A stretch of DNA of 64,000 nucleotides from assembly GCF_006345805.1 (NCBI RefSeq), contig NC_043019.1:18661360-18725359 (forward strand), given 5' to 3'. This document shows positions 35,741-49,520 of this stretch, piece by piece (within the stretch, counting starts at the first letter, position 1; the number at the start of each line of letters is the position of its first letter). The notes beneath the pieces are model-generated. The model was not told the origin of the DNA. It searched no databases and was given only the letters and a program-made list of their open reading frames with translations. Position numbers and translations under genes: made by a program. Source of the DNA: Octopus sinensis. Lineage: Eukaryota.

Positions 35741-38700
35741 TAAATGTTGTTTTGTAAGTGAGATGGGAAGGGCATTGGTGGCGCTCCTTGCCTCTGGGTC
35801 CCAGGCTGATTTACCTACTGGAAACTAAAACATCACTTCAGCTATAAAACTGCCTCTAAAAGCTTAACAATTACCTATTGGCTTAGGCAGGGGTGAAGCA
35901 TTGGTTATTTTTGTTGTCTTCTGGTCCCCCCCTCCATCACTTACTTTCTTGTCAACCTTTTTCTTTCTAAACTTAAAATTTAAAGAACTTTTTTTTTTTT
36001 TTTTTACCAAGTTTCCTATATATATATTTATTTATGCAAGAATGAAACCTTTTGCGTTTGGCTTTCGTTTTCAGTTCTCTTTTCTGATGCATCTCTCCTA
36101 CCTACTAATAAATGTGCACGTGTGTGATTATATTTGTTGACTGATCACATGTGTAGAATCTATTTTATTTCTGATGGGAGAGGATTAGAAATGTGCAAGG
36201 TTCATTATTCTTATTAAAGTTACCTTTTAAAATCTGGCCAGGATGGCTCCATATGGCCTCGTGCTTAGTATTACAAGTAAGGATCATTTAATATTTTCTA
36301 AGTTTGTGTTCAATTTGGTCTTAAAGCTGGAATTTTATTTTATAACTCAGTATTTTAAAGAAACTATGGCAAACTGTCAGGTCTCTTCGATCAAACCTTT
36401 ACTCTGTGTGACGGGGGGAGGGCACGACGTGGCTGGTGTTTTCTTGCCTCAGTCTGCCTGGCCGGCAAAACAACAGGTTCTATTCTTACTTCATTGTCAG
36501 CAGTGTGGTTATACAGAAGAGTAAGGCAAGGAGATGGAAATGGTGTCCACTTGGAACAGACCAAACCACTTCTCAGAAGTTTTAAACCAATGATGTCACA
36601 ATTTCATCTTGGTTGTAATACTAAAGCTGTTGAGTCACGAACACACACACACATCTATGCCGAGAGTTTTCTAGTTACATTGAAACCCAGGTAGGTTATA
36701 TATGGCAGTTTAAAATCATTTTTATCCCTCCATCACCACCACCACACCAATCAATTCATCTAAATCTATTCACCTTCATCCTTCCACTGGTTCTAATCTC
36801 TCTTTCTCTCTCTTCATACAAATTTTAACCTCTGCTATTGTATGTCAGACAGTATAGTACAGTTCTTTGTGTGGATGTAGACCAATTTTTATTCATTGCC
36901 ACCATTATTTCTATGTAATTTCTGGGGAAAGCATTTTCAATCCTTATCAACTAATGCAACAAACAAACAAAAAAACAACAAAAATAAATAAATAATAAAT
37001 TTAAAATATTGTCTCGTTATTTATTAAATTGTACTTCATATTTGATGTTGTATTCCTTTACATGTATTACAGGTGTGTATCTATAGTAATTTATGCAAGC
37101 TAAGCAGTAATTACACAGTTGAATTGAGATTTTCTTTGGTCAGTTGTATGTCTTGCAAAATGCTGATGGCCCTACACAGTCACCCAAACGAAACTGGTTC
37201 AAAACGTAACACTTATTTTCACATAAAATCACGTATATATAATCATTGAACGTCTCTTTCAATGTTGGCATTGGCTGGACGGTTTGACCAGAACAGATGG
37301 TTCCACCGGGCCCCACTCATCTGCTTTGGCATGGTTTCTAGGGCTGGATATACCTCTTAACAGTCCTCTGGGGACTTTTTATGTGGCACCAGTGGGGTCG
37401 CCAAGTCCTCACAAAATAAGACCCCCTCAACTGAGCTGGGTACAGCCTGGAGGAAGAGAAGCAAGTGTCTTGCTGAAGAGGTGAAAACATGGTTTGTCCA
37501 CCTGGAACAAAAAATTGTCTGGGTTCAATGTGAATAGGGGACAAGAGACCCATGTACTGATTGAAAATAGTGTGACATGATTAAGGATGGGAAATGAAAG
37601 TTCCTGGTTTTAAGAGCATTGAAGAAAGGCTCAACCTTCCAAGTTCTTTTTACAGGGTTTAGAAAATTGAAGGACTACTGAGTGGGGAATGTGTTAAATA
37701 AAAATCATAACTGATCTGCCTCTATTTTCTCTTACCCAAAGCCAGGAACTTTTCAGCAAGCCCTTGTATAGATATTTGTTTTAACAGCCCTTGCTAAATG
37801 TGCTGTGTTTTTCAGTTTGTCCAATAACTTGTGTGTATATATATTATGATTATTTACCATCCCTGTGTCGGGTGGAGTCCTTTGAAGCAAATTTTCTAGT
37901 TGCATGTTCTTCCTGTCACCAGTCTCGATGCAACGAAATGAAAGGCTGGAAACAAACAGCATTACTTGTGTGAGGAGGAGGAGGATGAAGGTCCATTTAT
38001 AACCGTTGTGAGGTCTAGACAAGGGTACATGCATATATGGATGAGAGAGTCGAGAGGAATCCAAGTGAGCAGATATGGAGGCAGTAATGTGGATAAACAA
38101 ATTAGGATTTCATACACAAAATACATATGTTGATAAGTGAAACTTAGACAAATGACAAAGGGGCAGAGGTAATGTGTTTAGGGAGTTCAACAGCGGTTTC
38201 TGGGAGATCGGGGATCCATCATAATGTTGGAAGATGTAATTCAAAATACGCAGCCAATGATGAAAGCAATTTTACCATTTGCACCACAGGTGAATTCTTT
38301 TGGATAAACAAATATGACAAAAGAAGCATGTTTACATTTTATAATTTTATTCATAAAAAAGTATTTTCCCCTTTTTGCTGGTTGAGAGATCTCACGCTGT
38401 GTAGTAACAGGTCTGCACCCGTCAAACGCCCTGAGCAAACAACTGGCACTTCTCAGTTGCATTTCTGTCTGGGGCTAAAAAAAAAACTTTTTTTTAAGAT
38501 TTTTACCAGAATTGAAGGAAATTAGCAAAGATAATAAAAGTAAGTATAAATATAAAAGAAAGATGAAATCAACAAGATAGAAACCAGGACCTGAAGAGGG
38601 ATAAGCAGGAAAAGGGTTAGGGTCATAGGGGGATTGTCATTGGAGTGGACAGGGAAAGACTGGCCTGCTTGTGAGGAATGATGAAGGTCAGTTCAAAAGT

Positions 38701-39099
38701 TCTTGGATGGCTGAGGTCACAGGTTAAAGAGTAAACCCACCTGAATACCACAAGGTATAGGACCTGAAATTTTGGAGGGAGAGGTTAAGTGGATTGCATT
38801 GACCCCCTACAACTCAACTGATGCTTATTTTATGGACCCCAAAAGGATGAAAGGCAAAGTTGAAGTCAGAAGAAATTCCACTAAACATTTTGTCAGGTGT
38901 GCTAACGATTCTACCTGCTTGCCACCTGAAATAATAATTTCTTTCTAGTATCTGGTAGAATTGGATACCGTATAGTTAATCAGGTAATTCAGAAAGGTGT
39001 AATCCTCAGTGACTGGTGCAGCATCATCAGCTGCTACAAGGACAAAGGAGATGCTCTAGATAGAAGTAGTCGTAGAGGCTGGACCGAATTAATTAGAAA

Positions 39100-40135
39100 C
39101 AATGAAGATGAAATGCTTTGTCTGGGAAGCAGCTTCACAGATGCTGTTTCCATAGGCAACTGCAAGACATGTATTTAGCTAAGAACAAGCTGTTGCACTT
39201 GACATTTGTTATTCTAGAGAAAGCCTTCAAGTCTGTGATATGGTGGTCTCAGAGGAAGCTAGGGATGGACGAATGGCTTGTGAAAGCAGAAGAGGCCATG
39301 TACAGGGATGCTGTTAGTAAGGTAAGAGTGATGAGTTTAGTGTACAGGTAGGTGTCTAAGGGTCAGTCATTAGCCCCCTCCTATTTATCATTGTCCTCCA
39401 GAGGAATTTAACATTGGAAGCCCATGGGAACGATTATATGCTGATGATTTTGCCCTTGTAACAGAATATGTAGAAGAATTAAAAAAAAAATTCCAGGTGT
39501 GGAAACAGAACCTGAAATCAATGAGTTTTAAAATAGTCAACTTAGCAAAGACCAAGGTCTGAGAAAACAAGAAATCAGACAGGACCCTTCATCCTTCTGG
39601 TAAATGGTCCTGATTGATGCACAGGCAGAAATTCCATTCAATGTATTGAATGGAAGCTACAGACACACAAGAGGTGTTGTGGAATATTAGGAAGGTTAAC
39701 AGACAAAATAGTATTTGCCTGTGGAGGATGAGAGATAGAGAGGAAAGTGATTTCCTTAGATGCCCTGGGGACTCTGGAAGTTGTAGATCATTTCTGCTAT
39801 CTAATTAGCAGTGGAGGAAGCTGTACAGAGAGTACAATAACCAGATTAAGAATAGGATGAAGTTCAAGCGAAGGCGAAGTTGTACGATGCATGTGTGAGC
39901 AATGAAGCTGGTATGATGTGCAACAGAGCACTGGTGTATTGAGGGAGGAGGAGACTGTGCTGGTCTGGTCATGTGATGCAGAGGAAGACATGGGACAAAG
40001 TATTGGAGGCCAACCTCAAAATGCTGAACCTTACAAAGGAGATGAGAGAGGACGAAGCTACGTGGTACATTGCTGTACTTGAGAAGACCTGAGCACCACA
40101 ACAGAATTGAGATCCTAAAACCAAGATACCATTGG
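39100..40135 (+). pseudogene. Degenerate RTE-clade reverse transcriptase fragment
   Basis: Broken LEKAF..IWWSQRKLGMDEWLV..AMYRDAVSKVRV, SPLLFII, YADD and NLAKTKV motifs with stops and frameshifts. Confidence 0.75.
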
Positions 40136-40680
40136 TGTGGGTGCTGGTGCCACATAAAATACACAGGTGCTTGGTGTTCCTGTCAAGCCATCCAACCCAT
40201 GCCAGCATGGAAAGCATCATGATGATGATAGGTATCATTATCATTTAACATCCGTCTTCCAAGCTGGCATGGGTTGGACAGTTTGACCTGACAATTAGTA
40301 AGCAGAGAGGCTGCACCAAGTTCCAATCTGATTTGGTGTGGTTTCTACGGCTGGATGCCTTCTTTATCACTAACCACTTCAAGAGCGAAGTAGGTGCATT
40401 TTACATGCCACCGGCACGGGTGCTGGTTACGAAACACTGGCATCAGACATGAATGTAATCCCACATGGCTTGACAGGTCTCAGTCACCTGCCACTGCCTT
40501 CATGAAGCCCAATGCTCAAGTGGGGCTTTTTACATGCCACTGACATTGGCATCGGCCACGACTGAGATTTCACTCAGCTTGGTGGATCTTCTCACGCATA
40601 ACATGTCACCAAAGGTCTTGGACACTTGTCATTGCCTCCATGAAGTCCATTCAAAGACCATGCTTCACCACATCTACAGG

Positions 40681-40698
40681 TTAGGGTTAGGGTTAGGG
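40681..40698 (+). repeat. Interstitial (TTAGGG)3
   Basis: Read directly at the junction between a family C repeat and an RTE remnant. Confidence 0.85.
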
Positions 40699-40699
40699 T

Positions 40700-41560
40700 T
40701 ACCTCCACCGTTAGATTAGCACTTCACACAGCTTTCCTCATCCATACGCAACACATGACCATACCAGTGCAGTTGTCTCTCTTGCACACCACATCCGATG
40801 CCTCTTATGCCCAACTTTTCTCTCAAGATGCTAACATTCTGTTGTACATGCACACTGACCCTGCACATCCAGCAAAGCATACTGGCTTCATTTCTTTCAA
40901 GCCTTCACATGTCCTCAGAAGTTACATGTTTCACTACCATATAACATGGCTGTTCACACACAGGCATTGTACAATCTGCCTTTCACTCTGAGGGAGAGGC
41001 CCTTTGTTACCAGCAGAGGTAGGAGCCCTCTGAACTTTGCCCAGGCTATTCTTATTCTAGCAGCTATGCTCTTGAAGCATCCATCCCCACTACTGACTTG
41101 GTCACCTAGGTAACAGAAGCTATCAACTACTTCCAGTTTTCTCCCCTGGCATTTGATGGAGCCTATTTTCTGCACATTTTTCCTATTAATTGCGCCTGTG
41201 CACCTTCCACATGCAAAAACTATTTTCCCTGTTAACCTTCCTCTGATATTACTGCACCTCTCATGTGTCCATAGCTTGCACTGGGTACATCTTATGGAGT
41301 TTCTACCAACACCTTTCCTACAGATTGAGCAGGGACATTCACCAGAAGGAATTTGTGATTTGTCTGCCTTCCTACTTATTAGGACTTTGGTTGTAGCTAG
41401 ATTAACTCTAAGGACCTTTGCTTCTAGACCTTGCTTCCACACCCAAAATTTCTCCTTTAGTTCTGATAGTGATTTGGCTCTAAGAACAAGGCCATCAGCA
41501 TCGAAGAACTCCCAGGAGCAGCCCATCTTAAATTCCTCTGTCGCAGCCTGGAGGACTATG
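40700..41560 (-). pseudogene. RTE-clade RT C-terminal fragment with a Cys-rich finger
   Basis: ORF 40954..41526: RVNLATTKV, CSICRKGVGRNSIRCTQCKLWTHERC, LEVVDSFCYLGD, RIRIAWAKFRGLLPLL. Confidence 0.85.
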
Positions 41561-41904
41561 ACGAGTCAATGGCATAAGGAACACTGAATACTGCAAGTAT
41601 GATGCCTTTTGTAATCTGCAAGTTCACATCCCTTGAAAGTTGCTTCTCTCCTAAAGCACAAAGCCTAAATTGGTGGCAGGGTTGTTTAACAGAGAATATT
41701 GACTGCCAACAATTGACAGGAACTTGGTTATATATAGAGACAAACAGACAGACAGATGAATGGATGAGTGGGTAGACATATTCCTCAGTTTACTGATATA
41801 TTTCCCATTCACATAATTATGCTATGGTTTTCATTCTTCAATATTCCAAAATGATTCTTCAGCTGCATTACCACAGGTCTGTGCAAATTCAGCTAAAAAA
41901 TTAT

Positions 41905-41939
41905 TCACATCAAATGCTTCACATCCTGCTTTAGATGTT
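41905..41939 (-). CDS. Candidate terminal coding exon of the TRANK1-like gene (EHLKQDVKHLM-stop); an alternative candidate is 42558-42583
   Basis: Strong acceptor ttatttttcag at 41940-41941, phase-1 compatible; there is no homology support. Confidence 0.3.
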
Positions 41940-43119
41940 CTGAAAAATAATTAAAACAAAAATGTAATTTAGGCATTGAGAAAAATTTTTTGGATTTCTT
42001 TTACTTCCCAATAATTATAATTTTGATTTTTCATTAATTTTCTGATTTTTTAAACTTAGCTAAATGATTTTGACAAGTAATTTATAATATCATTCAAGGT
42101 AGTGACTCAGCCTGGCAACAGTCCGATGACTGAAGCAAATGAAAGATAAACGAGGAGAAGATTTTAGGGAAAAGGAAATAAATTGATTTTATTATGTGAA
42201 TTCTTTATGAGATGAGACAAAATTGATTGCTGTTGGATCAGAACATAAAGCAACACAAGACTTCATTGTCTGTTGCTCTGTTGTCTAAAACCTTTGCAAA
42301 TGATGATGATGCTGTTGCTACCTGCCACTGCAAGTACCACACAGTGTGACAGAATCTATTTAGAGAATCATCTAAGCAAAACCCATCACTGGTCAGCCTT
42401 TTGGTTATCTAATCCCATTCTAGCGCCAACGAGCAATGCTAAACATTGTCATTTACATGGACCAAACATCACCCCCACACCAAACAATGCTGCCTGAAAA
42501 AATATTAATATTGCTCTAAACTTGGAGATTCTTGTTGACAATGTTAGAAAAGCGGAATTACCATTTGCTCCATGAATATCTTTCTGTAAGTAGAATTAAT
42601 AATGCCAGTGAAAGGAATGACCTGTAGCTGAGAACTGAACCTGGGCCTCAAACTTTACTTAGCAGAAAAAATGTCTTCCACATAAAAGTGGTCGACACAT
42701 CAAGACTGTGGCAAACTCTTTTGTCTGCATCTAGATATAGACACGACAGCAGCTAGAAATAGCAGCCAAATTTCCTTGAAATCAACCACCTACAATTTAA
42801 TGGGTTTTTAAAAAAAATTTTTAATAATTAACGAACACATTAGATAAAATGTGGAATAACATGAGATAATGATGACAGATTGATCCTAGATAATGAAATA
42901 ACATGATATAATGGACCAAACTAAAATAAGGCCAGTATGAAAGCCACAGAATATACGTCTCAATCACATCAGTCTTTGACGTTTCAGAAAACATAACGAA
43001 AATAAGTCAAATTATTCATACTAATTGATATATCCTGTAACGTTATGTCAAATGGACATATCTTACCAAAATCTAATCAAATGTATTTTGATGTTATCAA
43101 GTAAAGAAGAGACACTCAC

Positions 43120-45432
43120 CTGAATTTTTGTATAATTGCTTCATTTTCTCAGCAAAATGTTCAATGTTTCCAGCAATTGTTTCCAGTTTTTCAGTTTCTG
43201 TCCAGTTTGCATTTTGGCAAATTTGATCCAGGTTTTTATCAAACTCTTGCAATTTTAATTTCAGTAAATTGAAATAAAATGTAATTTCTTCATTGTCTGA
43301 AACTAAATCTAAATCAAGATAATTTTTGGCTCTTTCTTTAACAGGAAGAAAACGAGTTTCATAGAGTTTTGAGAATGCTTTGAATTCCAAAATCTTTGCT
43401 GAATGAGCAGGTTTCTTCAAGTGTTTAAATAAAGTTTCTTTCTCATCAGAACTGTCGTTTCCATTAATCTTAAAAGGAGTGATCCATTGTTTTGAAGAAA
43501 AAGAAACTGCACACACGGAGCAATATTTCTCACTTGGACTAAATAAAGGTAAGTTAGCTGGAATCTCCAACGATCTCAGCTCCTTCAATAATTTATTTCT
43601 ATATCTCAGGTAAGCATTTTCAATCACCTGAACAGCTTTTGTTTGCATCACAGAATCATTCTTTTTATCTTTTTCCTCATTACTTATTAAATCTTCAACC
43701 ATTTTTTCTGTTATTTCAGAGTCAATTTCAGACACACCTGTGGGGCTTGAGTCAGCCATTTCAAGCCTCGACATTGGCAATTGCTTATCAGAAACCAACT
43801 GTAGTCCTAATGGTTTTCCATTTTTAAACATCCAATAATATCTTGAGATTTCATATTCTGGGGTCTGCATCAAAACTTTTACAGTAGCTTTAATAAGCCT
43901 ACATGCTACATCTTGGTTTTCTGCTATCAGCCTGCATATATCTCTCACTCTTAATAAAGGATCCTCAACTAGAGTTGCAACATTTTCGCATTTCATTAAA
44001 AATTTGAGGTCCGGTATATTTTCAAAAGGCTGCTCAGAAAAACAATGAATGTAACAAAGGCCCAAAATGAAAACACGCTTTGCAAGTTTTCTTGAATTTA
44101 CATCTTCTTTTTGTAAACACTTAAAAATGTTGTCACTAAAAATCAAACTGACCATTTTGGCCACACGTACCTCTAGAAGTTTCAAATTGAGCCACATACG
44201 ACTGGAATTTAAAATGTCTTGAAGCTTTTCTGAAAACCTTGATTGAAGTATATCTATAATGTCAACTGAGGAAATATGAGAGGAAGATAGAACCACTGAT
44301 ATTTTGCAGTGTCTCATTAGTAACATGAAACTTATTGTCATAAAGAATTCAATCCACAATAAGAGGCAGTGCAAATCTGGCAGAATACGTTTTCTCTTTT
44401 TTAGAAACAAAACACAAAATTTAGAAAATTGAATGACAGCTTCAAATGGCTGATGTCTTTCATAAAGAAAATAGAGAGAATCATAGAACCGTTGGTATAT
44501 GCACATATATTTGTTGTCAGAAGAAACCAAAGATGAGTTTACAATATGCACGTCTGGAAATGATTCTTTTCCAATTTGTTGGTACATGTCTTCCATGAGT
44601 TTGTTCAAATCATATCTAATATTTAGCCAGCTGAATAAAATATTTACTTCAAAATAGAAATCTGAAGACTGTACTTTTTCCAATAGAGTCATCTTTTGAA
44701 AAACCATTTTATAATGATTTCGAATACAGATTTTTAAGGCATTTATATTGTCTGGATGGAAGACGTCTGACAAATGGGTATCTTGATCTAAATTCGAAAT
44801 CAGGGCTTTATAAAGATGAGTTGCAAAGAATTTAAACTCTTCAAAATCGTCTTGTAGCTTTATAGTGAGAAGCATTTGACAGATAACTACACGAATATCA
44901 AAACGAGGTAAAGTACTGGATTCATGAAGATGCATGCATTTTTTCTCCTGAAAACGGCAGAAATCTGTATGTTGACTTCCATAAAAATTTGCCAAATGAC
45001 AACAACAAGTTTCTGAAGACTGGCATAATTCTGCAGATTCAAATGGACAGGGTGTACTTATGATGATGTGGATGGTTAACTTGTGATACAGTATTTGGAA
45101 TAACTTTCGAATACAAAATTTGAGGTATTTATTCAGCCACGATTTGAATTTATCAAAGGTAAAACTTGCATAAGACATTCTATTACAAATATTGTATTCT
45201 ATGAGAGATATGCAACACAATGGTTCTGTTGTGTGAGATTTCCACACAGAATCATCCTTGAAAGAGAGACCAAAATATGGTAAATATGATTTTACCACAA
45301 GGTTTGAACTCTGCAGATGACTTTTCAGCAAATGTACTAAAGCAAAACTTTCATTGATAACATTCCAAAAAGATTCCTTATAGAAATCATGAGGATCGAG
45401 ATCTGTGAAGAATTGAATTGCTTCTAAACAAC
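43120..45432 (-). CDS. TRANK1: TRANK1-like large 2313-nt exon (about 770 aa; C-terminal CSVC...H...H zinc-finger-like segment)
   Basis: cttctgcag acceptor at 45433-45434 and gtgagt donor at 43119; in frame with ORF 43097..45331; phases 1/1. Confidence 0.88.
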
Positions 45433-46837
45433 CTGCAGAAGAAACAAAACATAAATCAGAGAACAGAATTTTTGAAATAAGTTGTTTTAGAATCTAATAA
45501 AGCAGGACAATCACAGCTGGTCAGTTTGATAGGTTTTTGGAAATCCAACCAAAGAGTTAACAGTTTTGTCTCAAGTCATTTTTTTCTAAACAGTATCAAT
45601 AGATAAGACAACTATAACTGCCCAAGTCCACCTAGCTGTACACAGATTCCATAGGTCAGCTCTCACATCAGTGACATACTTTGATCTTTGTTTCAAATCA
45701 CATCAAATCTACAGTGTGTGTGTGTGTTTGCGTGCCTGAGCAGTTTTAAAATAATCGAGAAAGGGAGGACAACGTCCATGTTCTTTCTATGCCTTCTTTC
45801 GCTACAGCATACAGACATCTAAATAAAGGTCATAAAGCTTTGTATTTGTGTTGTGGGGAGGAGAAAGAGAAACCAACGCCGAATAACTTGCACCAATCTC
45901 TGAGAGAAGCTCAACTGAAAATAGCCATGAAGTGGAGGAGGAGGAAGAAGAAGAGGGCAACGAGTTAAACTCAACAGCTTCCAGGTAGACAGACCCAAGC
46001 GAAATGCAGGACCAATGAAGTGAAGGTTCAACTCTAAGACTCTAAGGCACCTTTTGCCGCTGTTACTTACTGACAGTCCATGGCACGGCTTATTTGAGAC
46101 GGCAGAAAAAAGTGGATTGTAACGAGTATATTAAATTTATTAGAATTGTTAGATGCTCCCTTGTTCATGAAGCTCTACTTCTATAAGTTATTTCCAACAT
46201 AAGAATGTCACCTCATCAACTAAATCACTGAGGAACAACTGAACATTATTAGAACAATCTTGCCGGGCAAAGCTCATCGTTTTTCATCTTAGAAGCAACA
46301 GTTCAAAGGCTGAAAGTAATAATGGCTGAGTGAGTAGAGTACTGGACTAGCAGCTAAGAGATCCAAATCCAAATTCAAGCAGTCATTTGGTTGTCTACTT
46401 GCAAAATAGACTTACTTCTCTACACATGACATTAATTACTGGTGAAAAACTAGAATAGCTGTCTCAACCTGAAGTCAGTTGAATTCTTACCCACAACAGG
46501 GACTGTTGTTGTTTCTCATCTAGTAATCACCACAAATGACCTCCAAAATAAACAACCTCACCATTTAACAAACTTCAAAATGTCTTTTTCATGGCTTCTT
46601 TAGAGGTAGTGAAGCTGTGACACTGAACCTTTCATTACCAACCCATCCATGCCCCACCTGTACATGCCCAAAAATGTTGATGTTACCAAACTGCCCAAAG
46701 ATGCCTGGAATAATCTGTTCATATCTAAATGAAAATTTCAGAGCAAATCTTGTTAGTAAAATCAGGAAAACATGTGATTTCATTCTGCAAACAGCTGAGT
46801 TACACTCTCTGACATTGTTTTACACGACATCTGAGCA

Positions 46838-46840
<3 letters not shown>

Positions 46841-46935
<95 letters not shown>

Positions 46936-46941
46936 ACACAC
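46841..46941. repeat. (CA)n microsatellite, about 50 units
   Basis: Read directly. Other dinucleotide runs occur at 24201-24243, 55942-56004, 61561-61652 and elsewhere. Confidence 0.97.
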
Positions 46942-48369
46942 GAAATCACTAACACCTGTTCAAATACAGACACACAAAGATCATACCAAAATGGACATCC
47001 AGAGATACTCAGACATAGTCATGCCAACAAATACTCACATAAGCAGGCAAATGGGCACACATATACACATGAAATCACTAACACCGGACACACAGACACA
47101 CACATAGCAAGTATGATAATGAAAGGAGAGAAAGAAGACATGAAGTCAGACAAGCAAAACACATGGTTAAAAAAAGTACAAAAATATGAAAGAAGACAAC
47201 AACAAGGGAAGAATGTGTGCAATGGAAATGAAGATTCCATTGAGAAGGAGGGAATCTACCATTTCACTTGCAAAAAAGAAAGAAGAAAAGAAAGAAACAA
47301 AAGAAATTCTACCAAACTGAGAAAGTCTCTTTAGATGACAAGAATCATCATCATCATGATCATCATGTAACATTTGTATTCCATAGCAGCTTCAGTTGGA
47401 TGGTTCCACCTGATCCAATGAACTAAACGACTGCGTTAGGCTCCATTGCCTGTGTTAGGCACAGTTTCAATGGCTGGATGTCCTTCTTGATGCCAACCAG
47501 TTTACACAATGTACTAAGTGCTTTGTTTTTCCATGGCAAAGCACAAGTGGGGCCACCAAGTAACTTGTGCGACTCCTTGAGAGAAAGGAGGCACAGTATT
47601 GAGAGAGGTGGCTTTGAGTCAAGTGTTGAGAGGCTAAAGTCTGATAGAGACACACAGACACAGCTGTATGAGGGGATGCTGAAAAGCTCCTTTCGAGGTT
47701 TTTTTGCAGGGCTTAGAAAAACTGAAGGGTAGCTGCTGCAATAAGTGTGTGCCTGTCTGAGAGGGGAATATGTTGAATAAAATCATAATTAACTGATCTT
47801 CATCCTGTATTTTCTTTTCCCCAAAGTCAGGAACTTTTCAGTTTGACCCTGTCAAAGAGAAAATACATGGCTACCTCTGCAGGGAAGAGAGAAAGGATGA
47901 TGGAGATGAGATATCAGGATGTACCCTCAAGGTACAAAAAGATGGACAAAGAGAAAATAGGGACTAAGAATGAAGGATGGCAGGGTAGACAGGTTCATGA
48001 GAGCGTGAAAGGCAAGTGACAGAGAGCAGAGATGAGGGTGGACATGGATGCAGTGGATGGTAAAAGTGGATAACGGTGAATCTTGGTTTGGTGGGTTTGT
48101 CAGGGAAATGGGAGAGGAAGGGAGAAGTGAGAGATGGCAATTCTTCTAAAAGTGAAAGTAAAAGTAAGCCATAGAGAGATGTGAGAATAGGGTAAATGCA
48201 TCTATACATTGATGCTTATCACCAGACAGACCAATAGTGACACACACACAGATCACATATACATGCACAGCAAGTGACCCACACTGACCAACCAATATAC
48301 ACACTCACACACTGATGCATTTAATCTATGGAATTATTATTTCAAGCAAAGTAAAAAAATGCCTCTTAC

Positions 48370-48783
48370 CAATTGGAACCTTGACTAATTTGAACTGCTT
48401 GAAGGCCTCCACTGCATCAATGGTGGATTTGGTGTTTGTTTCGTTCAGTTTAGCCAGTAACAGGTGACATTTAGCCTGACCAAAATTGTTGCCTTCTTTC
48501 TTATAAAGCAGCAGAGCATTCCTCAAATCTTCTTCAATGTTTCTGGAGAGATCAAGGTCAATGTCAACACTCTTACCGTCATTAACACTATCTCCACCCT
48601 CAGCAGCAGGGGACGGCATCGGTGTGCGCATTGTCTTTAGTTTTGCCACAACATAGCTGTGTCCAGCTTGTTTATACAGGCAGTCGGCATATAGCTTGTT
48701 GTCATTCAGGGTGGCTGCCACTGCTACACTCTCAGAGAACAAGTTGTTCTGCCAAAGTAAGTCCATTGAAGACTGAATTTGGC
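48370..48783 (-). CDS. TRANK1: TRANK1-like exon (GQIQSSMDLLWQNNLFSE...FKLVKVPI)
   Basis: tctcaacag acceptor and gtaaga donor; phases 1/1; open frame. Confidence 0.85.
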
Positions 48784-49229
48784 CTGTTGAGAAAAAAAAA
48801 TATTGGAAGTAAATATATGAGCAAATAACAAATAAAAATTCTTATGTATGACTTTAGCTGTGACTGTGGAAACAAATAAAGATTTAGAAATTTAGATAAT
48901 TAGTGAAGTCAATTGTCAGGTTTCCTGCTTATTGGTGGAGAGGCAGAAACAGCATTGTGACCGAGGTGACCACGAAGATATTGTGGGTCACACTTAGCCA
49001 CACTTGCATGGGTCACAATGGAATTTGTTGAGGCAGATAATCTGATACCCTTCCTGTCAGCAACCCTCACCTGTTTCCAGATGTTTTTCATGGAAGGCTG
49101 GAAACAAACAACTCCTCTTGTATGACAGGGATGCTCGTTTACAAACATTACATGATGTCTACTCAAGGCTCTCCCACACCATTCATACACGCACATACAC
49201 ACGCAGTGGTTGGTGGTTGTCTGCTCTTT

Positions 49230-49520
49230 ATGACCAATTCTTGGACTTACATCTTAGATTCATCAGGGTGCCCAGTGTAGCTTTTTAAACCAGACATTGC
49301 ACTGAAGAGACACCCACACAGATTGCATATCCGATTTGGACCACCAAGAATTGCAGTTAAATTCTGATCTTTGTGGATCTTAAAATGTGTTTTGAGGCCT
49401 CCTTTAGATTTGCAGACCTGATGGCATACACGGCTTTGACAGGTGTGCACAGATATACAGGTAGAATAGTTGGTGGGCATTTATTTCCTACGGCTCTGCA
49501 AAATGAGATTTGAGCCCAGC
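49230..49520 (-). pseudogene. RTE-like 3' fragment with C2H2-type fingers
   Basis: VCHQVCKSKGGLKTHFKIH and ICNLCGCLFSAMSGLKSY in ORF 49247..49480. Confidence 0.6.

Noticed and set aside
45860-46000. Purine-rich stretch as an exon of a nested plus-strand gene
   Set aside because: Frames are short and interrupted by stops, and there is no convincing acceptor.
46617-46952. His-Thr-repeat ORFs (also ORFs near 55705, 61456-61792 and 62477-62759)
   Set aside because: These are translations of (CA)n and (TA)n microsatellites.
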